Below, one piece after another: positions 35,788-44,829 of a stretch of DNA of 64,000 bases. Position numbers and translations under genes: made by a program. The notes below the pieces were generated by a model. It made no database searches. It worked only from the letters and a program-made list of their open reading frames with translations, and was not told the origin of the DNA. Origin of the DNA: an uncultured Gammaproteobacteria bacterium (GTDB lineage Bacteria; Patescibacteriota; Patescibacteriia; Magasanikbacterales; GWA2-37-8); NCBI GenBank assembly GCA_964596525.1, contig CAZQUL010000001.1:678509-742508 (forward strand), in the 5' to 3' direction. Position 1 is the stretch's first letter, and every line of letters starts with the position of its first letter.

Positions 35788-36495
35788 ATGGATCTTATTG
35801 CTAAAACAAAAGCTGATTATAACCGCATTGCTGGCGCGTATGCTTTGACGCGCAGTGCTGAGCGCGAACTTGTTCAGTTTGAGCATTTTGTAGAACCGGG
35901 TCGGGCGATTTTGGATTGGGGTTGTGGCAACGGCCGACTCGTGCATGTGTTTAAAGGAAAACAAGCCCGCTATATTGGGGTAGATCAAAGCGAAGAAATG
36001 ATTGCCGTTGCGCGCGAAGAATTTAAGAATGAAATTGCTGCTGGGTGGGCAACTTTTGAAGTCACTCCGGGATTACCGCCGTGGCAGTTCGCTGATGCGA
36101 ATTTTGACGGTATTTTTATGATTGCTTCGTTTCATCATCTTCCGGATGTTGAGAGTCAGCTGGCAATACTGTGCGAAGCGCAGCGGGTCCTTAAGCTGGG
36201 CGGATTTCTTGTTATCACAACGTGGAATCTGACGAGTCGGTGGGCAAGGGAACAGATCGGTAACGATTTGTGGCAAAAGGTAGGTGAATACGATTTTATA
36301 ATTCCTTGGAAAAATAATCGTGGGGAAATAGTGGTCGAAAGATATTATCACCATTTTGAACCAGCAGAACTCATATCTTTATGTGAACGGGCAGATTTTT
36401 CTATTAAAAAATCATTTTGGTCAGACGGGGTAGGGGAGGTAAGTCGCGAAAATGGTAAAAACTTGGTAATTATTGCTGTTAAAGAAAACCATTGA
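35788..36495 (+). CDS. Class I SAM-dependent methyltransferase.
   Basis: Motif I ILDWGCGNGRL. Motif II/post-I VDQSEEMI. Motif III-like LKLGGFLVITTW. Confidence 0.75.
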   Translation: MDLIAKTKADYNRIAGAYALTRSAERELVQFEHFVEPGRAILDWGCGNGRLVHVFKGKQARYIGVDQSEEMIAVAREEFKNEIAAGWATFEVTPGLPPWQFADANFDGIFMIASFHHLPDVESQLAILCEAQRVLKLGGFLVITTWNLTSRWAREQIGNDLWQKVGEYDFIIPWKNNRGEIVVERYYHHFEPAELISLCERADFSIKKSFWSDGVGEVSRENGKNLVIIAVKENH

Positions 36496-36554
36496 CCTTT
36501 TAGGTAAAAAAGCCTAAACTAAGTCCGCTCTGTAATTACCTCGGGAGAGCAAAA

Positions 36555-37691
36555 ATGACGCGTGCTGTTGGCATGATCGGCGCCTGTGGCTTGGTGGCGT
36601 ATTTTGTGGGATGCGAACCGGCGGACTCTTCGTCCGTCGATGCTGGTGGTGCGACGACTGTCCGGGTCGAAGCGCCTTCCGACGCGGCGCTCGCCGATGT
36701 TCATTTTCGGGCAGATGCACTCTTACCGTTACCGTGCTTTTACAGCGCGCGCATTGGAATGGCACGTGACGTGCAGATCGGCCCGTTTACCGATCGCACG
36801 CCGTACGGACTCTTCATTACGACCGAACATCAGGTTGGCAGCACATTCCGCACTATCTGCGGCAAAACGCTTGATGCGGCCGGCGCAGCCTGGGAGAATC
36901 TTCCTGAGCCATGGTACGCGGCAGCCAAAAATACCGTTGAGATCCCCACCACACCGATCGGTGTAAGTAAAAACGGCCTCATCGTTCCCTTTGATCCGCG
37001 TGGTGCGGCCGTAGTCGGTTGGGACGGCTTTCGGGTTTTTCCCTTCGACCCCGACATGTACCAGTTGCAGTACTACGGATTGGTATCGCTCCTTGCCGCC
37101 TCTGATGCGCCCTGGATCGGGTTCGTACTCAAGCGCCGTGTCGATATTTACTCCGTCGGCAAAGGGCTTGAACTTACGGGGAGTGTGAATGCCTCTCGGG
37201 GTACTGATTTCCATCATGCGGTGATGCGCAGTCCGTTGGTCTACAAGAACGCAACCTTGCACGGACTCTGGGCCGATGCGCTGGTGTGGACCAACGACAA
37301 TCGTTTGCAATTCGGCTATCAACGCATTTCGTCGTTTTTTCCGCTTCCTACCGATGCAGTGCCGCTCGAGCGCGCGCATGAGGCGTCGGCCAATCAGGTG
37401 GTGGGTGAGCGTCTGGCGCAGGCTATGTTCGCGGCGGCCCTTACTGACCTTAACGCGGATGGCACGCAAGATCTTGTTGTCTTGCCGTACGGTACGGCGG
37501 AACTGCTCTTTGCCCCGTCGGACGGCTACACTTTCCAGCCGTTGCGCGGTACCGGTCTTTTCCTTCAGAACGTAAAGAGTTTGGCGGTCGGCCACCTTAA
37601 CCACGATGCGTACCCCGATGTTGCGGTGGCGAATATTGATGGTGCGGTGCAGGTCTACCTGGCGGTAGCGCCCAATCCGCGACCGCAGTAA
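36555..37691 (+). CDS. Secreted lipoprotein with FG-GAP-like repeats.
   Basis: Lipobox GCEP after MTRAVGMIGACGLVAYFV. C-terminal DLNADGTQDLVV and GHLNHDAYPDVAVANIDG resemble FG-GAP/VCBS Ca-binding β-propeller blades. Confidence 0.5.
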   Translation: MTRAVGMIGACGLVAYFVGCEPADSSSVDAGGATTVRVEAPSDAALADVHFRADALLPLPCFYSARIGMARDVQIGPFTDRTPYGLFITTEHQVGSTFRTICGKTLDAAGAAWENLPEPWYAAAKNTVEIPTTPIGVSKNGLIVPFDPRGAAVVGWDGFRVFPFDPDMYQLQYYGLVSLLAASDAPWIGFVLKRRVDIYSVGKGLELTGSVNASRGTDFHHAVMRSPLVYKNATLHGLWADALVWTNDNRLQFGYQRISSFFPLPTDAVPLERAHEASANQVVGERLAQAMFAAALTDLNADGTQDLVVLPYGTAELLFAPSDGYTFQPLRGTGLFLQNVKSLAVGHLNHDAYPDVAVANIDGAVQVYLAVAPNPRPQ

Positions 37692-37810
37692 TTTTTTCGG
37701 CTGACCCAACCAAGGTCAGCTTTTAGATTTTAAGAAACGGAATACCCTTGCCAAAAACGTTTAAGTATGGTGATATAGGGTCATAACTTATAAAGATTCG
37801 GAGGGAGCTC

Positions 37811-38365
37811 ATGCGTCCTTTTTTTAGTTTCCTGCTCGTACTTTTGTTCGTTACCCAAGGTAATTCTTCGGCTGAGGCAGCTAAGAAAAGAACCTTGAAA
37901 AAGAAGCCTGCCCGGGCATCGATCAAGAAAATCGAAGAAAAAGAGAAGCCTGTGGCTAAGAAAAATCCTGAAAAGAAAAAGAGGCTGGCTCCATATCCGC
38001 TCATCGAAGTTGCGCCTGTCGACGATAGCGTGCCCACTTTTGGCTCGTCGCCCAGCTCGTATCTGGCAACATGCCTTTTGGATCAACCGTTCAGCGTTCT
38101 GGACAAAGATCAGAAGAATTTGCCTCTTAATAAAGTTTTGAGCAAGCCCGTCTCGGCGGTTTTTATCGAGTGCACCAGTGTGGTGCGCCCGTATTCGGTC
38201 TATACCAAGATTAGCTCCGGCCGCTTTGAGCCGTTTCGGGCGGAGGTGGTCTGTCCGTCTACCGGATCAAAGCGCCGCGGTTTCGTTGAGATCGACACGT
38301 TTGCTTACACGCTCGATCGAGAGCGCGTCATCGGACTTGTTTGCAAAGATCTCGGCTCCAAATAA
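37811..38365 (+). CDS. Hypothetical secreted protein with a Lys-rich N-terminal region.
   Basis: Signal peptide, then KKRTLKKKPARASIKKIEEKEKPVAKKNPEKKKR, then a Cys-containing domain. Confidence 0.4.
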   Translation: MRPFFSFLLVLLFVTQGNSSAEAAKKRTLKKKPARASIKKIEEKEKPVAKKNPEKKKRLAPYPLIEVAPVDDSVPTFGSSPSSYLATCLLDQPFSVLDKDQKNLPLNKVLSKPVSAVFIECTSVVRPYSVYTKISSGRFEPFRAEVVCPSTGSKRRGFVEIDTFAYTLDRERVIGLVCKDLGSK

Positions 38366-38389
38366 AAAGGCCTACCCACGGCCTTTTTT
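38364..38389 (+). terminator. Rho-independent terminator after 37811..38365.
   Basis: AAAAAGGCC-TACCCAC-GGCCTTTTTT. Confidence 0.7.
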
Positions 38390-38425
38390 ATATGTAAAGA
38401 CCGACGATGAAGCGTCGGTCGGGGT

Positions 38426-38749
38426 TTAGCGCTTGTGGTGGGCGAAGGAAATGATGGTCACCGTGCCGTTACGCTTGATGGTGCCTTTGATAAGCACGGC
38501 GAGCCGGTTGCATGTTATTGATTGGCAAGTGCATGTGCAGGCTAGGTTACCAATTTCGACCGTCGCGTTGTCATCAGTGCGCAGCATTGCGGCGATGTGA
38601 GAGAATCGTCTGGTTGTCTCCGGGGTGCGCACGGGGGTAGCGTGGTGAGGTTCCAGTGCCCGGGTAATCATGTTTTCAACACTGCGCTCGTAAAGTGCCT
38701 CGCGCGGGAGGGGGGTGGTGGCCGGTGCTTGATTCTTCTTGGGGCGCAT
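38426..38749 (-). CDS. Hypothetical small protein downstream of the GT4 gene (contains CTCTC).
   Basis: Internal ATG at 38749 just after the GT4 stop (38764). Unusual NLACTCTCQSITCNR segment. Weak evidence. Confidence 0.25.
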   Translation of the reverse strand: MRPKKNQAPATTPLPREALYERSVENMITRALEPHHATPVRTPETTRRFSHIAAMLRTDDNATVEIGNLACTCTCQSITCNRLAVLIKGTIKRNGTVTIISFAHHKR

Positions 38750-38763
38750 TGTTTCTCCTTGGG

Positions 38764-39924
38764 TTAGCGGTGCACAGGGGCGGTTCGTGCAGTAGAAAGA
38801 GCCTGGGCGCGCGCGTACAGAGCGGTTGTTTCGCGGGCAATGTGGTCCCACGTGAATGAACTGACTATGCTTTTGTTATGGTGACTGAAATTGGCCGATT
38901 CAGTTTTGTTACCCAGATGCCAAGCAAGTACGCGAGCTAGGTCTGCCGGGTCAGCGACATTAAATTGGCAGCGGGGGTTCATAACAATTTCTTGCAGTTC
39001 GGGGATAGCGGAGACAAGTACGGTTTTACCATGCGCCATGGCTTCAAGCACGGCAAGCGGCATTCCTTCATTAGCCGAGGGGTGGACATTTAAAACGGCA
39101 TGCTGATATAACTCGTGCAATGCGCTGGTGTCGAGCCAGCCGGTGAAGACGATGTCCTGTTCCGTCTCAGCCATTCTTTTGAGTTCGGCTACGTAGGTGT
39201 CGGTAAAAAAACCGTCGCCGACGATGACCACCTTAAGGCCGCGCAGTAGTTCGGATTGGTTTTGTTTGAGCAGTTTCCAGGCTGTAATAAGATCGTGAGC
39301 GCCCTTGTGGCGGATGAGCCGAGCGACCATGAGGATGTAGGTGCCTGGTTCGAGACCAAAACGTTCGAGCGTTGCAGTGCTGGTTGTTGGCACAATCGTA
39401 ACACCATTTGGGATATAGGTGGTTTCAACATTAAATTCGTTGCGGCAGTAAGCGTGTAGTGTTTTGGAAACGACGATGGTTTGATGTGCCCAATGGCACG
39501 CCGCCCACTCGCCAAGGCGAAGCATGGTGCGGGCGATCCAGCTCCATTTTTGGTGATAACGGTCGATGCAGTGGAAAGTTATGATAACGCGGGCTGAAGG
39601 AGCAAAAAGCCGCGGTATCCAAGCAAGAAGCGCCGGACCGACACCGTGGAAATGGTAAATATCGACACGCTCTTTGAGCGCGTTAAGAACGCTTAAAAGG
39701 GTGTGAGTTATCGCGTCGAAATTTTTGGTTTTAAGGCTCCGAGTAGTAATGACGCGGATGCCAGATGCTTCGCTTAAGGTTTGTGCAGGTGTATACCAAG
39801 ATCGGGAATATACCAAAATTTCGTGTCCTTGGGTGGCGAGGGCACGACTTAGCTCTTCAACGTGGCGTTCAATGCCACCGAAGCGAGCAGGAAAACCTTT
39901 TTGTCCGATCATGGCGATGCGCAT
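38764..39924 (-). CDS. Family-4 (GT-B) glycosyltransferase.
   Basis: N-terminal MRIAMIGQKGFPARFGGIERHVEELSRALATQGHEILV matches the GT4 N-domain. A C-terminal EGMPLAVLEAMAHGKTVLVS E(x7)E-like retaining motif region. Confidence 0.75.
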   Translation of the reverse strand: MRIAMIGQKGFPARFGGIERHVEELSRALATQGHEILVYSRSWYTPAQTLSEASGIRVITTRSLKTKNFDAITHTLLSVLNALKERVDIYHFHGVGPALLAWIPRLFAPSARVIITFHCIDRYHQKWSWIARTMLRLGEWAACHWAHQTIVVSKTLHAYCRNEFNVETTYIPNGVTIVPTTSTATLERFGLEPGTYILMVARLIRHKGAHDLITAWKLLKQNQSELLRGLKVVIVGDGFFTDTYVAELKRMAETEQDIVFTGWLDTSALHELYQHAVLNVHPSANEGMPLAVLEAMAHGKTVLVSAIPELQEIVMNPRCQFNVADPADLARVLAWHLGNKTESANFSHHNKSIVSSFTWDHIARETTALYARAQALSTARTAPVHR

Positions 39925-40399
39925 GGGCGTACAATAACGGCTTACCATAGCATTTTCCAGTCTACATGTCAACTAACGTAGGGGGTGTGAAAAGGTCTCG
40001 CGGGTGGTGGAGCGCCTCTTGAGGAGTTAAAAATAGGTTGCAGCGCCTGGAATTTGAAACTGGCTGGTTCCTAGTTTGCAGCCTCTCTCGGTAATGGTGT
40101 AGGCGTTAATAATAGCGTGATATTCACCTTCTCGTCGGATCATAGGAATGTCAGTCTGAAAGAAACGTGGTGCTGAGGGTGCGGAAATAATCGTCACGGT
40201 AATGAATAACGATCTTATTGATGCTGTCGACCTTAAGGAAATAGCTGCCGCTTGTTGCTCGACTAGTATCATGGCCGGCCGCGAGCAGCAATGCAAACGT
40301 TGCTATAACGGACTTTTGCTCGGAATATGCCCTGTGCGGTACGTTTTTTTTGGCTTGCTTAAAGCGGCATGGTCGATTTTTTATACGTATTTTGAACTA

Positions 40400-40435
40400 A
40401 AAACCTCCCTGCCGAAGCAGCGAGGTTTTTGCTAA
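40400..40435. terminator. Bidirectional terminator downstream of the Fn3 protein gene.
   Basis: AAAACCTC-C-CTGC-CGAA-GCAG-C-GAGGTTTT hairpin with T/A runs on both sides. Confidence 0.6.
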
Positions 40436-40446
40436 AACAATGTCGA

Positions 40447-42087
40447 TTATTGAACGATGAATTTGAAGATGCCCGTATCAACCAACCGCCCACCTTCGCC
40501 CTGGGCATAGATACTGACGTGTATCTTGTATTCACCCTTAACCCAGTTCGCGCCGGTAAAGACCGTCGGCGAAAGAGTCATAGTAGTCCCGGGGGTAACC
40601 GTGAAGGTGGCGTTCGTCCTGGATACTAAAGCGCCTTTGGGGTTGGTAATGTAGCGTTCGATGCGCAGTGGGCCGCTGTAGAGGCGCTGGTTTTTCTTAT
40701 CCATGTAATTGCTCTTCACTGAATAGCGGAAGAAGAAGAGGTTACCGGCCTTAATCGTCATGCCGTTTTGGAGGCTGTACGAGATATTTGAGGGTGGAAT
40801 GTAGTTTGAGCCAATCAATTGCACCTCGTTGGAGCTCGGGCCGACGTTTTTGTCGGCGCTAATGGCGGCCACGAAGTATTTATAGGAACGATCTGGGATG
40901 GCCAGGTATTCACTATGGGTGGTTTGCTCCGTTTCTTTAACAAGGACAGCTTGCGCGCCATCGTTACCAACACGACGATAGAGGCGATAGGCGGCTGCGC
41001 CAGGAATTGCATTCCAGCTTAATTCACCGCTGTACATCGAAGTGAGTTTGCCGGTGAGTGTGGGCGCAGTAAGTGTCGCTCCAGGAGAAACGCTTACTTC
41101 GGCTGAGCTTTGACCGCTTTCACCTTGGGCGTTTTCAGCGCGTACGTAGTACGTGTATGTCGTGCCAGCCGTAAGTCCGCTGTCGGCAAAAGAAGGTGAT
41201 GTTACTTTTCCGACAATCGCGTAGCTCGAACCATCCGGGGCGCGACGGTGAACCGTGTAGGCACTCGCACCAGAAACTGCTGTCCAGTTAAGCCGGATGC
41301 TTGTCAGTGAGGTGATTGAGGCAGAAAGGCCGGTTACCGGACCGGGCACTGCTGCCGGAGGTGGAATGTTGATGGTCGTCGGGGCGGGTGGTAAGACCGG
41401 TGTCGAAAGGGCGAGGTAGGCAGTGCTACGGGTGGTGCCGTCATTTTTGCGTGCCGTTACATAGTAGGTGTATGTGGCGCCGTCAGACAAGCCGGTGTCA
41501 TCATAGTAACTCTGGATCGTGTTGGTGCTGCTATAAATTTTGGTGAACGTGCCACCAGAAGGAGCACGGTACACATCGTATCCCGCAATGTCCTGGAGAG
41601 CCGACCAGCTTACGTGAAGTGATGTGGGGGAGTTATGATGGCCGTTGATTACGAAGATCGAGGCTTCCTGTGTGGCCGAAACCATCGGCGAATTACTGCT
41701 TTCAAGACTACCGTTTAAGGCCGCAATCTTGTAGTTATATTTTTTATTTTCGGCAACCGAGTAGTCATCATAAAAAAGCTGTGTTCCCGGTGTCCAGATG
41801 ACTGGGCTTTGGCTGGCAAAATCCATGTCACTGCCTTCGGTGCGATAGACGACGTAGTTTTGCACGGTGCCGGTTTCTGAAGCGTCCCAGCTCACGGTAA
41901 TGCGGCCCGGGATGTTCATCGTGATGCGGGGGTTGCGCGGAGCGCTTGGGGTGCCCATCATCATGTCGCCCATTTCTTTGGCGAAAACGAATGTCGGCGT
42001 TGTCGCCGTGGCGAGGAGGCTCAGAATGCCAACGGCGGTGAAACTGAGCCGGTGGAGAGTCCGAGAATTCTCTGAGGAGAGTGCCAT
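40447..42087 (-). CDS. Secreted cell-surface protein with multiple fibronectin type III domains (paralogue A).
   Basis: Signal peptide. Fn3-like segments ITVSWDASETGTVQNYVVYRT, LHVSWSALQDIAGYDVYRA, IRLNWTAVSGASAYTVHRR and GELSWNAIPGAAAYRLYRR. Shares the N-terminal AKEMGD...PSAPRNPR with 42226..43953. Confidence 0.6.
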   Translation of the reverse strand: MALSSENSRTLHRLSFTAVGILSLLATATTPTFVFAKEMGDMMMGTPSAPRNPRITMNIPGRITVSWDASETGTVQNYVVYRTEGSDMDFASQSPVIWTPGTQLFYDDYSVAENKKYNYKIAALNGSLESSNSPMVSATQEASIFVINGHHNSPTSLHVSWSALQDIAGYDVYRAPSGGTFTKIYSSTNTIQSYYDDTGLSDGATYTYYVTARKNDGTTRSTAYLALSTPVLPPAPTTINIPPPAAVPGPVTGLSASITSLTSIRLNWTAVSGASAYTVHRRAPDGSSYAIVGKVTSPSFADSGLTAGTTYTYYVRAENAQGESGQSSAEVSVSPGATLTAPTLTGKLTSMYSGELSWNAIPGAAAYRLYRRVGNDGAQAVLVKETEQTTHSEYLAIPDRSYKYFVAAISADKNVGPSSNEVQLIGSNYIPPSNISYSLQNGMTIKAGNLFFFRYSVKSNYMDKKNQRLYSGPLRIERYITNPKGALVSRTNATFTVTPGTTMTLSPTVFTGANWVKGEYKIHVSIYAQGEGGRLVDTGIFKFIVQ

Positions 42088-42174
42088 AGAGGATTAGATA
42101 AAAGTAATTAGTTAAGAATAGTATAACACATTTGTTCCTATTTCACTTAAAAATTCGCACTGTATATAAAACCA

Positions 42175-42203
42175 AAACCACCCTGCGCATGCGGGGTGGT
42201 TTG
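42175..42203 (-). terminator. Terminator after the 42226 gene.
   Basis: AAAACCACCC-TGCGCATGCG-GGGTGGTTT, with a T-run on the minus strand. Confidence 0.55.
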
Positions 42204-42225
42204 TTGAGCGTCTTGGCGTAGAGGA

Positions 42226-43953
42226 TTATTCGACTTTGAACCCAATTGTTTTGCTGTCGATGAAGCGTCCATTTTCTTGGAGGGCGTAGACATTGATCAC
42301 CATTTTATAGTCTCCTTTCATCCAACCAGAATTGGTAATGACGGTCGGGGTAGAGTTGAACACGTCGCCATATTTTCCGTTCCAGATCGCGCTCGTACGA
42401 AATATGGTGGTACCTCTAGGATTAATAATCGAGCGTTCGATGCGGAAGTTTCCCTTGTACGGGTACAGGCTTCTTGTGTCCAAGTAACCACTCTTGACTG
42501 AGTAGCGGAAGTTAAAGGCGTTGCCCGGTTTGATTCTGACGTTGTCCATGCCGTTCACGGTGATCTGCGACGGGGCGACATAGCTGTCACCTAAGAGTAC
42601 GACTTCGTTTGAGTTTAGACTCGGTTTATCATCGGCACCGTATGCAACTACATAATAGTAATAGGGACGATCTGGGATGAACAGACCTTCGTTAAAAGTA
42701 GTTTCTGTTCCTCCGTACAGTACGTTTGGGGGGCTGTCTTTACTATGGCGGCTAAAGAGGGAGTAAGAGACGGCGCCAGGGACCGCGTTCCAGCTCAACA
42801 CGGCCGAAGCTTTTGAGGTAAGTTTGCCGGTCAGTTGGGGTGCGGCGACTGAAGCGACCTGCACAGGGCTGACCTCGGCCGATCTTTGACCGCTGTCAGA
42901 GCTAACATAGTATGAGTAGGCGGTACCTGGGGTAAACGCAGCATCGACGAAATTGGTCCTAAGGAAGTAGCTTGATAATGTACTGATGACTACAGGGGTG
43001 GGGCTACCTGCAGCACGACGGTATACAGTGTAAGCGGTAGCTCCAGGAACGCTGGTCCAGCTCAGCTGGACGATCGTCGGTGACATGACTATCGCGGAAA
43101 GTTGAATCGCAGCTCCCGGAGCGCTGGTTGTTGGGGTTGAGAAGGCGGGAAGAATTGAGCTCGATTGCGGGGCTGAGCTAGATTGGGGAGGTGGAGCGGC
43201 TGGGGTTGAAAGCTGGACAACCCCCGCGCTCCGTGTCGTTCCGTCGTTCTTGCGGACTACAACGTAATACGAATAACTTGTCTCGGGCAGCAAATTAATA
43301 TCGTCGTAATAAGCCGGAGTCAGCGTGGTGGTGTCCCAGATTTTGACATATTCGCCGTTGCCGGTAGTCCGATACACGCTGTAACCAGTATAACCCTCCG
43401 TTGCCTGCTGGGCTGTCCAACTTAGGTGGAGTGAGGTGGGAGAGTTGTGGTGGCCGCTGAGCACAAAGATGGACTGCTCTTGGGTTACAGAAACTAATGG
43501 TGAGTTGGAACTCTCGAAACTCCCTTTTTGAGCGGCAATTTTGAAATTGTACGTTTTGTTTTCCGAAATGCCGTATGCATCGTAGTATGTTTGGGTTCCT
43601 GGGGTAAAAATATTCGCTGAGACATTGGTGAAGTCGGTGTTTCCAGCTCCTTCAGTCATGTATACCGCGTAATATTCTGGAACTCCTGTTTCCGGAGCGT
43701 CCCAGGCGATGCTGATGCGGCCTGGAACGTTCATGGTAACGCGCGGGTTGCGCGGCGCGCTGGGTGCGCCCATGGAGACGGAATCCCCCATTTCTTTGGC
43801 GTACGTAGCGGAAGGGAGACTGAGCGGTAGGGTGAGACCGATTAGTCCAACTCCGATAACGAGCAGTCCTCCTAAGCGGTAGGAAACAGCTCGGTATGCA
43901 ACCGAGTGTGTCATAGAAAAAAATAACGTAAGTAAATTAGTATAGTATACCAT
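42226..43953 (-). CDS. Secreted cell-surface protein with multiple Fn3 domains (paralogue B).
   Basis: Same domain order and N-terminus as 40447..42087, for example ISIAWDAPETGVPEYYAVYMT and IVQLSWTSVPGATAYTVYRR. Confidence 0.6.
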   Translation of the reverse strand: MVYYTNLLTLFFSMTHSVAYRAVSYRLGGLLVIGVGLIGLTLPLSLPSATYAKEMGDSVSMGAPSAPRNPRVTMNVPGRISIAWDAPETGVPEYYAVYMTEGAGNTDFTNVSANIFTPGTQTYYDAYGISENKTYNFKIAAQKGSFESSNSPLVSVTQEQSIFVLSGHHNSPTSLHLSWTAQQATEGYTGYSVYRTTGNGEYVKIWDTTTLTPAYYDDINLLPETSYSYYVVVRKNDGTTRSAGVVQLSTPAAPPPQSSSAPQSSSILPAFSTPTTSAPGAAIQLSAIVMSPTIVQLSWTSVPGATAYTVYRRAAGSPTPVVISTLSSYFLRTNFVDAAFTPGTAYSYYVSSDSGQRSAEVSPVQVASVAAPQLTGKLTSKASAVLSWNAVPGAVSYSLFSRHSKDSPPNVLYGGTETTFNEGLFIPDRPYYYYVVAYGADDKPSLNSNEVVLLGDSYVAPSQITVNGMDNVRIKPGNAFNFRYSVKSGYLDTRSLYPYKGNFRIERSIINPRGTTIFRTSAIWNGKYGDVFNSTPTVITNSGWMKGDYKMVINVYALQENGRFIDSKTIGFKVE

Positions 43954-44049
43954 ATCTTTCTCGGATGTTATGCGAATAGTCGTGCCAAAACCTTGTTTTT
44001 TGACGAGTAGTGTGGTAACGTCTCTAACAATCTACCTAAGGAGAGGAAC

Positions 44050-44745
44050 GTGACCGCGATTATCGGAAACGTGGTAGTTGATGGTAAAAACTACGGAGTA
44101 AAAGTCGTAAAAGAGGCAAAAAATCCTCATAATCTTGCCGCTAGCTGCAGCTGCCTCGAGCGCCTTAAAGAAGGCGGGCGGGAACGTGAAAAAAACACCG
44201 GTTTTCTGCCGGTCGATCCGCCGCCGGGGAGTGAACCGGGAAGTGCCGGGTACGTCTGCCTCGGTTGTCGGACCTTCTTTTGCCCAGCGGGCTGGGTGGA
44301 ACGGCTGTTTGTCCCTCTTAACACCACGATTATCGGAAATGTAGTAATCGACGGCAAGAAGTACGGAATCAGTGTTGTTGCAGAGACCAAAGAGCCTTAT
44401 TACCTGGCTGCTGTCTGCCGATGTTTTAAAGGAATCGATCAACGAGATCGACATGGGGAAAACACCGGTTTTCTGCCGGTCGATCCGCCGCCGGGGAGTG
44501 AACCGGGAAGTGCCGGGTACGTCTGCCTCGGTTGTCGGACCTTCTTTTGTCCGATCGGAATGACAGGGCAATTGTTCGCACCACTCAACGCCCAAGAGAC
44601 CCCTCCTTCGCCCCATCCGTCACCGGAGGTGATCGAAGAGATGAAGCGTCGGATGCGTGAAGACGGCATCAGCGAGCGTAGTTTCGCCGAGATGAACAAT
44701 CTGATTCATCGCCGCCGACGGCGCCATCGTCACGAGGAAGGCTGA
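44050..44745 (+). CDS. Hypothetical protein built from two tandem Cys-rich units of about 90 aa, plus a basic His/Arg tail.
   Basis: Unit 1 is NVVVDGKNYGVKVV...CSCLERL...NTGFLPVDPPPGSEPGSAGYVCLGCRTFFCP. Unit 2 is NVVIDGKKYGISVV...CRCFKGI...NTGFLPVDPPPGSEPGSAGYVCLGCRTFFCP. The C-terminus is HRRRRRHRHEEG. Confidence 0.5.
   Translation: MTAIIGNVVVDGKNYGVKVVKEAKNPHNLAASCSCLERLKEGGREREKNTGFLPVDPPPGSEPGSAGYVCLGCRTFFCPAGWVERLFVPLNTTIIGNVVIDGKKYGISVVAETKEPYYLAAVCRCFKGIDQRDRHGENTGFLPVDPPPGSEPGSAGYVCLGCRTFFCPIGMTGQLFAPLNAQETPPSPHPSPEVIEEMKRRMREDGISERSFAEMNNLIHRRRRRHRHEEG
44193..44549 (+). repeat. Two identical direct repeats of about 90 bp (44193-44282 and 44460-44549), period about 267 bp, inside the 44050..44745 ORF.
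   Basis: AAACACCGGTTTTCTGCCGGTCGATCCGCCGCCGGGGAGTGAACCGGGAAGTGCCGGGTACGTCTGCCTCGGTTGTCGGACCTTCTTTTG occurs twice. The flanking repeat-unit sequence has diverged to roughly 60% aa identity. Confidence 0.85.
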
Positions 44746-44763
44746 GCACTCTTCCTCCTTACA

Positions 44764-44798
44764 AGTCCTGGCTCGCGCTGTGCAGCCCGGACTTTTTA
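44764..44798 (+). terminator. Terminator after 44050..44745.
   Basis: AGTCCTGGCT...AGCCCGGACT hairpin with one mismatch, followed by TTTTT. Confidence 0.5.
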
Positions 44799-44829
44799 AA
44801 TACCTGCATTCTCGTTATACTACCTAACT

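Noticed and set aside
38426-38749. A possible RiPP-like precursor because of the CTCTC motif next to a glycosyltransferase.
   Set aside because: There are no adjacent modification enzymes such as YcaO, lanthipeptide or radical-SAM genes. It is kept only as a low-confidence hypothetical CDS.
44032-44699. Minus-strand ORFs (194, 87, 86 aa) inside the tandem-repeat ORF, which themselves contain repeated peptides.
   Set aside because: They mirror the 90-bp DNA repeat. The plus-strand frame has the conserved Cys pattern and a terminator.
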